Assembly: GCA_965213685.1 (NCBI GenBank)
Contig: CBDBZY010000043.1
Location: forward strand, 32,001 to 96,000
Direction: 5' to 3'
Length of the DNA stretch: 64,000 nucleotides
Source: a bacterium
Lineage (GTDB): Bacteria; UBA8248
In this document: positions 46,247-55,792 of the stretch, one piece after another
Numbering within the stretch: the stretch's first letter is position 1
Layout: every line of letters starts with the position of its first letter
Notes under the pieces: model-generated
Told to the model about the DNA's origin: nothing
What the model saw: the letters and a program-made list of their open reading frames with translations, nothing else
Database searches by the model: none
Made by a program: the position numbers and the translations under genes

Positions 46247-47101
46247 TCAGCGCGTTGCGCGCACCCGCCTGATGTAGGGGATCGCCCACTTCCGTATGTT
46301 CGGGTATCGGGGGGATTCAAACCGATCCGGGTTGGCCACCTTCTGGAGGTTTGCGCTCCTCCCCCCCTTTTCGAGGATTTTTTGCCGGAAGGTCTCGGCG
46401 CCCCGGAACGGGTAGGGCGCCTTGCTGCTATGCAGGAGGAGAACCGGGACCCGTATTTTCTCCGCAGCCCGCACGGGCGAGCGCTCCGCGTAGGCTCTCA
46501 TTTTTTGCGCGGGCGGGCCGCCGAGCGTCGCGCGGATCCGCACCCGCCGTTCTTCCGACAGCAGCGCATACGTTTCCTTCCATTCGTACAATCCGTTCTC
46601 CAGTATCAGGGCCGAGATGTGCGCGCTCCGCGCCGCCGCGAGGGCGGCCACCGTGGCCCCCTGTCCGATGCCATAGACGAATATGCCGTCTTTCTCGACG
46701 TTCGGCCTGCTCCGCAGATACCGGACGGCGCCGAGTGCGGCCTCCACGCTCCTGGGGCCCGCGAAATCCTCCGGCCCCGTGGATGCGCCATGGCCGGGCA
46801 GCGAGATGCTGATGAGGACGAATCCGTCTCGCACGTGGGTCAGCATGGCGCGCCGGAATCGCTGGGCGCGGGCGTCCGCTCCGTGGAGGAGGAGCATCGC
46901 CGGGTATGGTCCCCGGCCGGGGGGCCAGATGGCGTAGGCCTCCACGCGCCCCCACGAGAACTCCAGGAACCATTCCCGTATCCCCTCGCCGCGCCGGGTT
47001 CGCGTCTCATAGCCTCCTCCGCAGCCGGCGAGCAGAAGCGCGAGGGTCAGCGGAAAAATCCATCCGCGGAGGATATTTCGGGAGCCTCTCCGCAGGGTCA
47101 T
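46247..47101 (-). CDS. Alpha/beta-hydrolase-fold (S9-like) lipoprotein with a degenerate active site
   Basis: Lipobox LLAGC, LLLHG, PGHGAS; the nucleophile elbow reads GIGQG. Confidence 0.75.
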   Translation of the reverse strand: MTLRRGSRNILRGWIFPLTLALLLAGCGGGYETRTRRGEGIREWFLEFSWGRVEAYAIWPPGRGPYPAMLLLHGADARAQRFRRAMLTHVRDGFVLISISLPGHGASTGPEDFAGPRSVEAALGAVRYLRSRPNVEKDGIFVYGIGQGATVAALAAARSAHISALILENGLYEWKETYALLSEERRVRIRATLGGPPAQKMRAYAERSPVRAAEKIRVPVLLLHSSKAPYPFRGAETFRQKILEKGGRSANLQKVANPDRFESPRYPNIRKWAIPYIRRVRATR

Positions 47102-47248
47102 GGCGTATCCCTTATTAAAAGCCTCGCGCGCGTGCGCAAGGGTTTCGGGTTCGGAAGGGTTTTGGGCGAGCGGGGGCGGATGCGCAACGCCCGAAGCGGC
47201 ATTTTACCATACGAATGCGGCGGCATGCGGCGTATCGGTTAAAAAAAG

Positions 47249-47277
47249 TTGCGCGTTCCGTTCTTTCGTATTATATT
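47249..47277 (+). promoter_or_regulatory. Putative sigma70 promoter with upstream A-tract
   Basis: A7 (47241-47), then TTGCGC-N17-TATATT. Confidence 0.5.
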
Positions 47278-47449
47278 CGTGTATGTGGGAGGTTTCCAAA
47301 AAAAATGAGGATTCTGAAAATTATTGATACGGCGATCCGTTTTTGACACAAAATATAGTGCATAATGCTGAAACAGGCACTATATATGGGATCAAGGAGG
47401 CGATCTTCTCTCCTCACCTCCCGAGAGGAAGCGCAAAAGGAGGCCCGTC

Positions 47450-47680
47450 ATGACGATGACAAGACAGGTACCTGGATGCGGGACGCACGAGACGAGCCGG
47501 AGCACAAAGGACATTCACCGAGCCTGTATGCGGAACCTCTTCCTCTTTCTGCAGGGTCATATCTCGTATGAAGACTGGCAGAGCGGACAGGAGGAGCTCG
47601 AATCGAGGCTGACGCCCGCCCCGGAACTCCCCCTCTCCACGCGGGCGCCCAGGACGCCACGGACGCCCGAGGCCGCCTGA
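47450..47680 (+). CDS. Small hypothetical protein (76 aa)
   Basis: Strong AAGGAGG RBS 6 nt before the ATG; no recognisable family. Confidence 0.5.
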   Translation: MTMTRQVPGCGTHETSRSTKDIHRACMRNLFLFLQGHISYEDWQSGQEELESRLTPAPELPLSTRAPRTPRTPEAA

Positions 47681-47957
47681 TTTCCCCTCGTTCGGGATTT
47701 CAAGGCCCCGCACCCCACGGAGAGGGGGGGATGGACAGATCGCTCAGGGAGTGCGGTTGGGCGAGCGGATCGGGTGAGAAGAATCTCTTTTGCCGCTTGC
47801 GTTTCTTGCGGCGAACCGCTATGTTGCCCCCCATCTTTTCCCGCAACGGGTGCGGGCAAAAGGTTTTAAGGTTTTTGGGTATGCAGGGCGAATGAAGGCT
47901 CCCTTCCGAGAGACGCTCCATTCATCATTTCATGCCCCCTGTTTTTTGAGGACATGT

Positions 47958-48161
47958 ATGTCAACAGGCACGGTCAAGTGGTTCAACGATGCAAAAGGGT
48001 ATGGCTTCATCACCCCGGAGGATGGGGGAGAGGATTTGTTTGTGCACCACTCCGCCATTCAGGCGGAGGGATTCAAATCCCTGAGCGAGGATGACAAGGT
48101 TTCATTCGAGGTCGCCCAAGGGCCCAAAGGGTTCCAGGCGCAGAATGTCGTCAAGCTTTAG
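47958..48161 (+). CDS. Cold-shock protein (CspA family)
   Basis: [32 protein letters not shown]. Confidence 0.96.
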   Translation: MSTGTVKWFNDAKGYGFITPEDGGEDLFVHHSAIQAEGFKSLSEDDKVSFEVAQGPKGFQAQNVVKL

Positions 48162-48181
48162 CGCATAGCCCAGAGTTCTGG

Positions 48182-48216
48182 AAAAATGGTGGCCGGTCTC
48201 CGGCCACCATTTTTTT
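48182..48216 (+). terminator. Intrinsic (bidirectional-type) terminator
   Basis: AAAAATGGTGGCCGG-TCT-CCGGCCACCATTTTTTT. Confidence 0.85.
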
Positions 48217-48280
48217 GTGCCCCGCATCTTCCCATGTCCCCGCCCCCAAGGTAGTCTTTTTCCCGAAAGGGGATTTTCCG

Positions 48281-50321
48281 ATGAAGCGCCCAGCCCTCGG
48301 GAGGAGAAGGAACATCGGCGTCATCTCCCACATCGACGCCGGAAAGACGACCACCACGGAGCGCATGTTGTTCTATTCGGGGGCGGTGCACCGCATCGGC
48401 GAGGTGGACGACGGCTCGGCCACCATGGACTGGATGCGCCAGGAGCGCGAGCGCGGCATCACCATCACCTCCGCCGCCATCACGACCACCTGGGCGGGCC
48501 ATGAGATCACCCTCATCGACACGCCCGGCCACGTGGACTTCACGATAGAGGTGGAGAGAAGTTTGCGCGTGCTCGATGGCGCCATCGCGATTTTCAGCGC
48601 CGTCGAGGGCGTCGAACCCCAGAGCGAGGCCGTCTGGCACCAGGCGGAGAGGTTCGGCGTGCCGAGGATCGTCTTCGTCAACAAGCTGGACCGCCTGGGC
48701 GCGGATTTTGAGCGCACCGTGGAGATGATGGCCGAGAAGCTGGGCGCAAGGCCCGTCCTCATGCACTGGCCCGACGGGGAGGGCGAGCGGTATGGCGGCC
48801 AGGTGGAGGTGCTGAGCGGCGATTTTCTCACCTGGGATGCGGGAGAAATCCATCGCTCCGAACCCCCGGAGGCGCTTCGGGAGAAGGCGGCGGCCTTGAA
48901 AGACGCCATGATCGAGGCGGTCGCGGACGATGACGAATCCCTGCTGGCGGCGTATCTCGAGGGAGGGGAGGTCGATGCCGGGGCGCTGAAGGCGGCGTTG
49001 CGGCGCGCCGTGCTCGCGGGCGAGGTGGCGCCGGTCTTTTGCGGGGCGTCCCTCAAAAACAAGGGGGTGCAGCCCCTGCTCGACGCCGTGGTGGACTATC
49101 TGCCTTCCCCGCTGGACGCGCCCCCCGCGCGCGGTCTCCTGCCCGGAGATGGGGAGTGCGTCGCCCGCCCGCCCGCGGAGGACGCCCCGTTCTCCGCCCT
49201 GGTCTTCAAGGTGCAGATCGACGGGGGCAGGCGCCTCACCTATCTGCGGGTGTACAGCGGGGCGGCGCAGGTGGGCGACAGCCTGTGGAATCCCGCGCGG
49301 GGGGGGCGGCGAGCGCCTGGCGCGCCTTTTCCGGATGTATTCCCACAGGCGCGCGCGCCTGGACGCCGTGGGGCCGGGCGACATCGTCGCGGCGGCCGGC
49401 TTGAAGGAGGCGGCGACGGGCGACACCCTTTGCGATGAAAAGGCGCCGATAGCGTTTGAGCCGATTCTCGCCCCCCAGCCCGTCATATCGGTCGCGGTGG
49501 AGCCCGGGGACGCGGCGGGCGCCCGGAAGCTCGAGGAGACGCTGGCCAAGCTCCAGGCGGAAGACCCTACCTTCCAGGTGCGGGTGGACGCGGAGTCGGG
49601 CCAGACCGTGATGAGCGGCATGGGCGAGCTGCACCTGGAGGTGCTCACGCGCCGGATAGGCGAGGAGTTCGGCGTCCGCGTCCGGGTCGGCGCCCCTCGC
49701 GTGGTGTACCGCGAGACGTTGCTGAGAGAAGCGTCCGGGGAGGCCGCCTTCGAGCGGGAACTCGCCGGGAAGCCCCACTTCGCGCGGGTGCGCGTGGGCG
49801 TGGCGCCGGCGGCGGGCGCTGGCGTCTCGTGCGAGAGCGGAATAGAAGACCCCGCGATTCCGGGGCGCCTGATCGCCGCCGCCCTGGAGTCCATCGGGGC
49901 GTCCGCGTCGAGCGGCGCCATGGCGGGCTACGAGATGACCGACGTGCGCGTCACCCTGCTGGAGGCGGACTATGACCCCGAGCGCGGCACGGAGGCGGCC
50001 TTCTCGGTCGCGGCGGCGGGCGCGTTCACGGAAGCCTGCCGCGCGGCGGGCGGCCAGCTCCTCGAGCCGATAATGTCAGTGGAGGTCGTCACGCCCGGGG
50101 AGTTTCTGGGCGGGGCCATCGGCGACATCCATGCGCGCGACGGGCGAATATCCGGCGTGGAGGAGCGCGGCGGCTCCGCACCGGTGAGCGTCGTCCGCGC
50201 CCTGGTGCCCCTCGCCCGGATGTTCGGCTACGCCACCGCCCTGCGCTCCGCCACCCAGGGCCGCGCCACCTACGCCATGCGGTTCTCGCATTACGCCCCC
50301 TGCGCGGCGGCGGGCGCGTGA
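48281..50321 (+). CDS. fusA: Elongation factor G paralog outside the str operon (extra G in G8 run 49299-49306)
   Basis: HIDAGKTT, ERERGITI, DTPGHVDF, NKLD, GMGELHL, LLEPIM, MFGYAT.LRS.TQGR. Confidence 0.9.
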
Positions 50322-50485
50322 CGGGAATCATTGCGTGCGACGGAAAAGGCGGGGCCCCTCCTGCCCGCTGCGGCGGCGGGGGATTTTGACGAAGGCGGTT
50401 CTCGTTTTGGATGATCTTGCCCGGCCTGGCGCCTCCTGTACCGCTCGTTCCCTGGCGGGGAAAGCCTCTCCTGCAGATACTTTGT

Positions 50486-50532
50486 GCCGGAGTTCTTCAT
50501 CCCAGCATAGGGTTTGAGAGACCGTCGATCAT
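50486..50532 (-). pseudogene. Remnant of the 5' end of a type I R-M specificity subunit (hsdS-like stub)
   Basis: The ATG overlaps the DUF262 stop (ATGA). It reads MIDGL[tc]KPYAGMKNSG, resembling the MI.GLKPY..MKDSG start of many HsdS proteins; similarity ends after about 15-20 codons. Confidence 0.45.
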
Positions 50533-52361
50533 GACTCAGCCTCGTGCGCCAGCCGCTCGGGATTCCAGATATGCTCGGCGAGACGCTTGTACAGGTCTTG
50601 TCGTTCATCCAGGTCGCGCCTGCGGAAATCGGTGTGTGCTTGGAACCGCAATGCGCTGTCGCGGATAAATTGGGAGAAGCCCGGGTCTCGTTTGTATGCG
50701 TCTTCGTGGAGGCTCTGGGCCAGCAGATTGTGCTTCATGTAGTGCCTGCGCTTATCGGCAAAGGGCAGAGCGCCGTAGCTCGCATTGAAGCTCTTCGGCA
50801 ACAGCAACAGCCCACCGATTTGATTGCGATACTCGGCGAAATCCGAAGGGTGCTCGAATTCGTCGGAGTGTTGCTCGGGATGGTCGGCCCATATGTGCTC
50901 GATTTCGTATCCGTCCCTGCCCTGTCGTTGCACGTATTCATGATAGCGGGATGGGCGTCCCGATTGGGTCTCCACGTAGTCGGTCATGCGGGCGAGCAAT
51001 CGATGGATTTGCCGGCCGTTGGCCCCGTGAAGCCGGAAGCGATCGTTTGTGCCGAATGTTTCTTTTTCGTCCGCCAGGCGCTTTCCGAGTATATTCACCA
51101 GGGTCGGTGTATCCTGCCCTCGGATGGCGCGTATAATCTGGAACATGGCGTAGCGCGTGAACGAGTAGGTGATTGCGCGCCCGTTCCATATGCGCCGCGC
51201 GATCAGGATGTCCAGAAACGCGGAGACGACGCGCAGTTTGCGCTCAAGGGTTTTCTCATCATCGTCGCGCCGCAAGGGTGCGAGCAGAACGGGGTACTGA
51301 AGCGTGAAGTTGTTCTGGGCGCAATAGTGGATGGCCTTCAACCCGTCCGTCGGGCGATCTGCGGCATGGCGCAGGCGGGCGTACCAGCGTCCATAGAAGT
51401 TGAAATCCTTTTTGATGAAGCGCAGAAACTCATCGCTTGACGACAGACCAAGCGCCTTCTCGTGGTCGCGCACCCATCGGTGAAACTCCGTGCCAATCAA
51501 ATCGAAGTCGCGTGGCGTGGCTCCTCGCTTGTTTTCCCGGATGCTTTGCGCATGCTGACTGCGAAGCCAGGCCTTGATGGCGTCGGCATCCTCCTCCTTG
51601 CCGATGTCCCGCAGACTGTCCACCCGTTCGCGCCAGAGCTGGTTGGCCGAAAGGCGACGCTCAGAATCGTCAATGTTCGCGAGGAGATAGCCCTTGAGCA
51701 TGTCCGTTGACGAGAGCGAGAGGCCGCGGTCGTTCATGGTCTCAAATATGGTGTAAGCGTCAGCGTCGGAATGAGCCGTGATTTCGACCAGATGGACGTT
51801 CTCGATCAACCAGTCCGCGAAATAGGGAAGTGCGGAATTGGCAAACTCATTGGGAAACAGTTCCTCCACATCGTGAAAGCGGCGGTTAATATTAGCGACC
51901 GATTCAGGTTGTCCCTCATCTTCGAACTTAGAATCCTTGAACAATGCGTTCATGCAGGATTCGCGTTCTTCCACATCGATGTTGAACGAGCGCTTGCCAA
52001 ACCGCTGCGAGAATATCAGCTCAGCGATCTGTGCCTTTTGCTCATCGTCTTCGAGGAGCCGGTAGATGTGTATGAAGAGGAGCGAAAGAGTGGTCAGCCG
52101 CTGCTGGCCGTCGATGATGAACTTTCGGCCGTCCTTGTTACTTATGATGATCGATCCCAGGAAATAATGCCCGTAGTACTCGACGGCGCTACGTTCGCCC
52201 CCCGGCTCGTAGCTGTCCCGGAACTTTTCCGCCAAGTCGTTGATCAACTCCGACACTTGCTTCTTTTCCCAGCGGTACTCGCGCTGATAGTAGTCGATGG
52301 CGAACTTGGCGCCGCCGAGCAGCGCGCGCAGGTTTTTGGCGTCGCCTCGGATTTCTTTCAC
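50529..52361 (-). CDS. DUF262 + DUF1524 protein (GmrSD/SspE-like modification-dependent nuclease)
   Basis: YQREYRW, FLGSII, IIDGQQRLTT, FETMNDRG in the N-terminal domain; EHIW...GLLLL....N HNH-like C-terminus. Confidence 0.88.
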   Translation of the reverse strand: MKEIRGDAKNLRALLGGAKFAIDYYQREYRWEKKQVSELINDLAEKFRDSYEPGGERSAVEYYGHYFLGSIIISNKDGRKFIIDGQQRLTTLSLLFIHIYRLLEDDEQKAQIAELIFSQRFGKRSFNIDVEERESCMNALFKDSKFEDEGQPESVANINRRFHDVEELFPNEFANSALPYFADWLIENVHLVEITAHSDADAYTIFETMNDRGLSLSSTDMLKGYLLANIDDSERRLSANQLWRERVDSLRDIGKEEDADAIKAWLRSQHAQSIRENKRGATPRDFDLIGTEFHRWVRDHEKALGLSSSDEFLRFIKKDFNFYGRWYARLRHAADRPTDGLKAIHYCAQNNFTLQYPVLLAPLRRDDDEKTLERKLRVVSAFLDILIARRIWNGRAITYSFTRYAMFQIIRAIRGQDTPTLVNILGKRLADEKETFGTNDRFRLHGANGRQIHRLLARMTDYVETQSGRPSRYHEYVQRQGRDGYEIEHIWADHPEQHSDEFEHPSDFAEYRNQIGGLLLLPKSFNASYGALPFADKRRHYMKHNLLAQSLHEDAYKRDPGFSQFIRDSALRFQAHTDFRRRDLDERQDLYKRLAEHIWNPERLAHEAES

Positions 52362-52699
52362 GGATGGCTTCCTTCTTGCTCAACGCGCACGGGCAGGCCG
52401 TCCCTGCGCGCCGCCTCCTGTATCGCCGAGAGGCTTTCCTTGAGGTGTCGAATGACGAGGGGCGACTCGACGAGGGTGTCATTCGCCACCACGTGCATCT
52501 GGCGCCGACGCTTCTCCGGCGGAAGCGACAACATCGCCTCCCACGCCAGATGCAACAGCAGCGTCGAATCCTTCCCCCCCGAATAGGCGACGATCCACGG
52601 GTCGGAATGCCTCTTGCGGTATTCCCTTTGTATCACCTGGCGCACGGCTTCGAGGCGGGATACGACATCATCGCCGTTCACTTGTGGTAAAAAGCTCAT
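52358..52699 (-). pseudogene. dndC: N-terminal fragment (113 aa) of DNA phosphorothioation protein DndC
   Basis: PWIVAYSGGKDST PP-loop and NDTLVESP motif; ends after LPVRV with a GTGA overlap into the DUF262 gene. Full-length DndC is several times longer. Confidence 0.75.
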
Positions 52700-52864
52700 C
52701 GCATCCTCGCATCCTCGATATGAAGGGGAAGTGCAGGGGCGGATCAAACAGGTTTCGGGCGAAAAATTTTAATAGGAATCGTAGTCCTGTGATAATACAT
52801 CAATCGCAACTTGTTTGCTATCGGTCGGGAAAATCCCCTTGTCCATCCACATGACGGACGCGCG

Positions 52865-53746
52865 ATGAGCGACGCGATGCTGGCGGCGGGGTTCGCCCTG
52901 GGCACCGCGTCGATGTCCTCGGCCTTCAGCCTCATCGCGCGGCGGGGGCAGCGGCACGGGACGGCGATGACGGGCGTCGTCATCGGCCTGATCGTCAACG
53001 TCCCCTGGCTGGTCGCGCTCACGATTCTCTCCTGGGAGCCCGCCTACTGGCGCCCGGAGGCGTGGTTCTGGTTCTTCCTGTCGGGCATCACGGGCCCCTC
53101 GCTCGGCCGCGTGTTCATGTTCCGGGCGATACACCGCCTCGGGGTGTCGCGCGCGATTCCGCTCATGGCGGCGAATCCGCTTTTCTCGGCCGCCCTCGCC
53201 TACGTCTTCCTGGGGGAGCGGCCGGGGCCGTACGTGTGGGCGGGAATCCTCCTCGTCGTGTTCGGCTGCGCGGGAATCACCTGGCAACGCAAGAGCGACG
53301 TCCCCTGGGACAGGCGCGGCGTTTGGCTGCCCCTGGTGGCGGTGCTGGGATTCTCCACGTCCAACGTTTTCCGGAAAATCGGGATTGACGTCGTCCCCTC
53401 CGCGCTGCTGGGCATCACGCTCACGAGCCTGTTCGGCCTTGCGGCACTGGGCGCGCTCGTATGGTTCCTGCCGAGCGCCCAGCGCCCCTCCCTGCGGTGG
53501 GGACGCGCCTGGCACTTCTACGGACCCTGCGGGCTCATCAACACCCTGGCGTTCCTGAGCCATTTCGCCGCCCTGAAATACGGGTCCATCTCCGTCGTGT
53601 CGCCGCTTTCGTCCACGGCGCCCTTCTTCGCCCTCCTGTTCACCTGGATATTCCTGCGTGACATGGAGCGCATCACGCTCCCCATCCTGCTGGGGACGAT
53701 CTGCGTCGTGGCGGGAGGGGCGCTCATCGCCCTGCAGGCGATGTAG
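52865..53746 (+). CDS. EamA/DMT family transporter
   Basis: Two EamA repeats, about 10 TM segments; LGERP, SVVSPLSSTAPFF. Confidence 0.88.
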   Translation: MSDAMLAAGFALGTASMSSAFSLIARRGQRHGTAMTGVVIGLIVNVPWLVALTILSWEPAYWRPEAWFWFFLSGITGPSLGRVFMFRAIHRLGVSRAIPLMAANPLFSAALAYVFLGERPGPYVWAGILLVVFGCAGITWQRKSDVPWDRRGVWLPLVAVLGFSTSNVFRKIGIDVVPSALLGITLTSLFGLAALGALVWFLPSAQRPSLRWGRAWHFYGPCGLINTLAFLSHFAALKYGSISVVSPLSSTAPFFALLFTWIFLRDMERITLPILLGTICVVAGGALIALQAM

Positions 53747-53790
53747 GCGGCCGCCTCCCCCTCCCCTCCGGCCTTTCCGCGCGTCCTGCG

Positions 53791-54336
53791 TCAGCCGGTC
53801 AGGAGCGCCCGGATTTCGGGAGCGACCTCGCGCGCGCGGGCGCGGAGCCCCTCATCCGTGAGGCTGCCCACCGGGTGGGGGATGTAGGCCACCGGGTAGC
53901 CCGGCATCCCGCGCACCCTGGAGACCATCTCGACCGTGGGCCGGAAGGGTTCGGTGCAAATCACGGCGGTGGGGACGCCCTTCTTCTCCAGCTCGATTCC
54001 ATCGTGCACACTGCACGACGAGCAGGAGCCTCAGTCGCCCACCGCGGTGATGGCGAGGTCGCACTTCTCCGCCATTTCCGCATATACCTCCGGTTTCGCC
54101 GGCCGGGTGTCGTATTCCTTGGAGAGTGCCACGGCGAGGTCGGGGTCCGCGCCGTCCGCCCGCAACTCCTCGAGCACGTAGCGCATGAGTCTGTCCGCCC
54201 CCACCTTGGAGTTCCAGAGCAGGCCGATGCGCTTGCCCGCGAGTGCGCCGTCGCGGTGCGGGCGGTCTTCGGCCTCGACCGCAGGCTCCACGGTCGGGTC
54301 GTAAATCGGAATTGCCGTATCCGTTGCGGGATTCAT
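53791..54336 (-). CDS. UGSC-motif selenoprotein; Sec at UGA 54033-54031
   Basis: ORFs 54031-54336 and 53791-54009 are in frame: ...AITAVGD-U-GSCSSCSVHDGIELEKKGVPT...F...PHPV. RBS GGAGAGGG; SECIS-like hairpin follows the UGA. Confidence 0.9.
54000..54020 (-). promoter_or_regulatory. Putative bacterial SECIS element
   Basis: CGUCGUGCA-GUG-UGCACGAUG: a 9-bp stem (one G-U pair) starting 10 nt after the UGA. Confidence 0.7.
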
Positions 54337-54504
54337 CGCCCTCTCCCTCCTGTATGCCTATCCGGTCGAGATGGTTTCGGATGTTTCCGCCCGAACGACG
54401 GGCAACCGCCCGTCCCCCGCGGGAATTTCCGGCGCGCGCAGCCTGAAGTCCCCCGCGGCTGGGGCGGCCACATGGGGGAGGCGCGCATCCCGCCCGCGGC
54501 CTCC

Positions 54505-55542
54505 TCACATCCCCGCGCACCGCTCGGCCGCACTCCGCACCGGACGGGTGACGGCCTCGCCGTTTCGTCTCCTGCTCCAGGAGGGGACCCAGGAGGAGTG
54601 CCCGCCGGCCTCGCCGCCTGCGACGACGATGTGGATGTCGTCGGGCCGGAGTGCGTGGCGCACGTCGCCGTTCTCATCCGCCGCGACGGGCTTGTCGATC
54701 TTGCCGGTCCGCAGGAGCTGGCTCAAGGGGAGCGTCGCATTCTCGAAGAGGTATTCCTGCAGGGCTTTTCTCGTGGGGAACTCCTGGCCCAGCAGATGCG
54801 CGTGCTCGGGGGCGAAGACGAAGAAGGATTGTCCCTCGCTCATGCTGCCCAGGCCCGCCATCGTGGCGGCGGCGGTTTCCGCGATTCCCCGGCCCCGCCC
54901 GTAGTGGTTCTGGATGTTGTGCGGCCCCTCTGCGGCGAGGAGCGTCACCGCGCTCGTCTCCGCCGGATACCCCAGGGCGACGTGCAGCGGCTCCCACGGG
55001 CTGATTTCCTCCCACTCGGCGAAGGTGAAGCTGTACTTGCCCGGATTCCCCTGGGTGGAGCGATCCAGAAGCCCCGGCCTGGAGCCCAGGCAGTTGATGA
55101 GGATGAGCCGGATCGCGCGGCCTATCGTCGCGCCTGCGCGGTTGCCGGGCCCGTAGATGTTTCCCTCCATGTTGAGGCCAATCTCGTGGCGCGCCGGGCC
55201 GTTGACGACCATCAAGGGCGCCGCCCCTCCCGTGCTCGTGGCGCTCGAGTGCAGGTTGTAGGCCGGATCGGCCATGGCTTCCAGCCCCGCGATGAGCACC
55301 GGCATGTAGGAGGGCAAACACCCCGCCATGATGGCGTTGAGCGCCACCTTCTCGGCCCGGACGGTTCTTCTGCGCTCCGCCAGTTGGAAGACGACGTCGT
55401 CGGCGCCGAGCCCCGACGCCTCCAGGAAGCGCTCCACCAGCTCGGGCGTCGGGGGAATGACGGGCAGGCCGTCCGTCCAGCCTTTGGCGTGATAGACCTC
55501 TATCGCCTCGTATACGTCCATCGCTTCGCTCGCCGCGTCCAT
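54505..55542 (-). CDS. Conserved hypothetical protein of the GWTDGLPVIPPT family (partner of UGSC selenoproteins)
   Basis: GWTDGLPVIPPT, A.NAIMAGC.P.Y, VVNGP, GNRA..TIGRA.RL, SPWEPLHV..G, IVVAGG. Confidence 0.8.
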   Translation of the reverse strand: MDAASEAMDVYEAIEVYHAKGWTDGLPVIPPTPELVERFLEASGLGADDVVFQLAERRRTVRAEKVALNAIMAGCLPSYMPVLIAGLEAMADPAYNLHSSATSTGGAAPLMVVNGPARHEIGLNMEGNIYGPGNRAGATIGRAIRLILINCLGSRPGLLDRSTQGNPGKYSFTFAEWEEISPWEPLHVALGYPAETSAVTLLAAEGPHNIQNHYGRGRGIAETAAATMAGLGSMSEGQSFFVFAPEHAHLLGQEFPTRKALQEYLFENATLPLSQLLRTGKIDKPVAADENGDVRHALRPDDIHIVVAGGEAGGHSSWVPSWSRRRNGEAVTRPVRSAAERCAGM

Positions 55543-55792
55543 GCGCGGGCCTCCTGCGTTCGGGGAGTTCGGCCTGTCTCCGCAGGATAGCCCACGGGGA
55601 TGGTTTTGAAAATGCGGATTTCCGGCCTCCCGCCGATCCTCCGCCCCGCGCGCGGGCCTCGCCCGCCGCTCCCCCCGCCATGCCCGGGACTCCGGCCTTC
55701 ATCGGCGAGGAGGGGTGCGATAGCATGCGTCCTGGAAATCGCATTCGTCCGCCGCCGGTGTGCGGCGCATCCGCACGGGGAGGCTCATCCGC

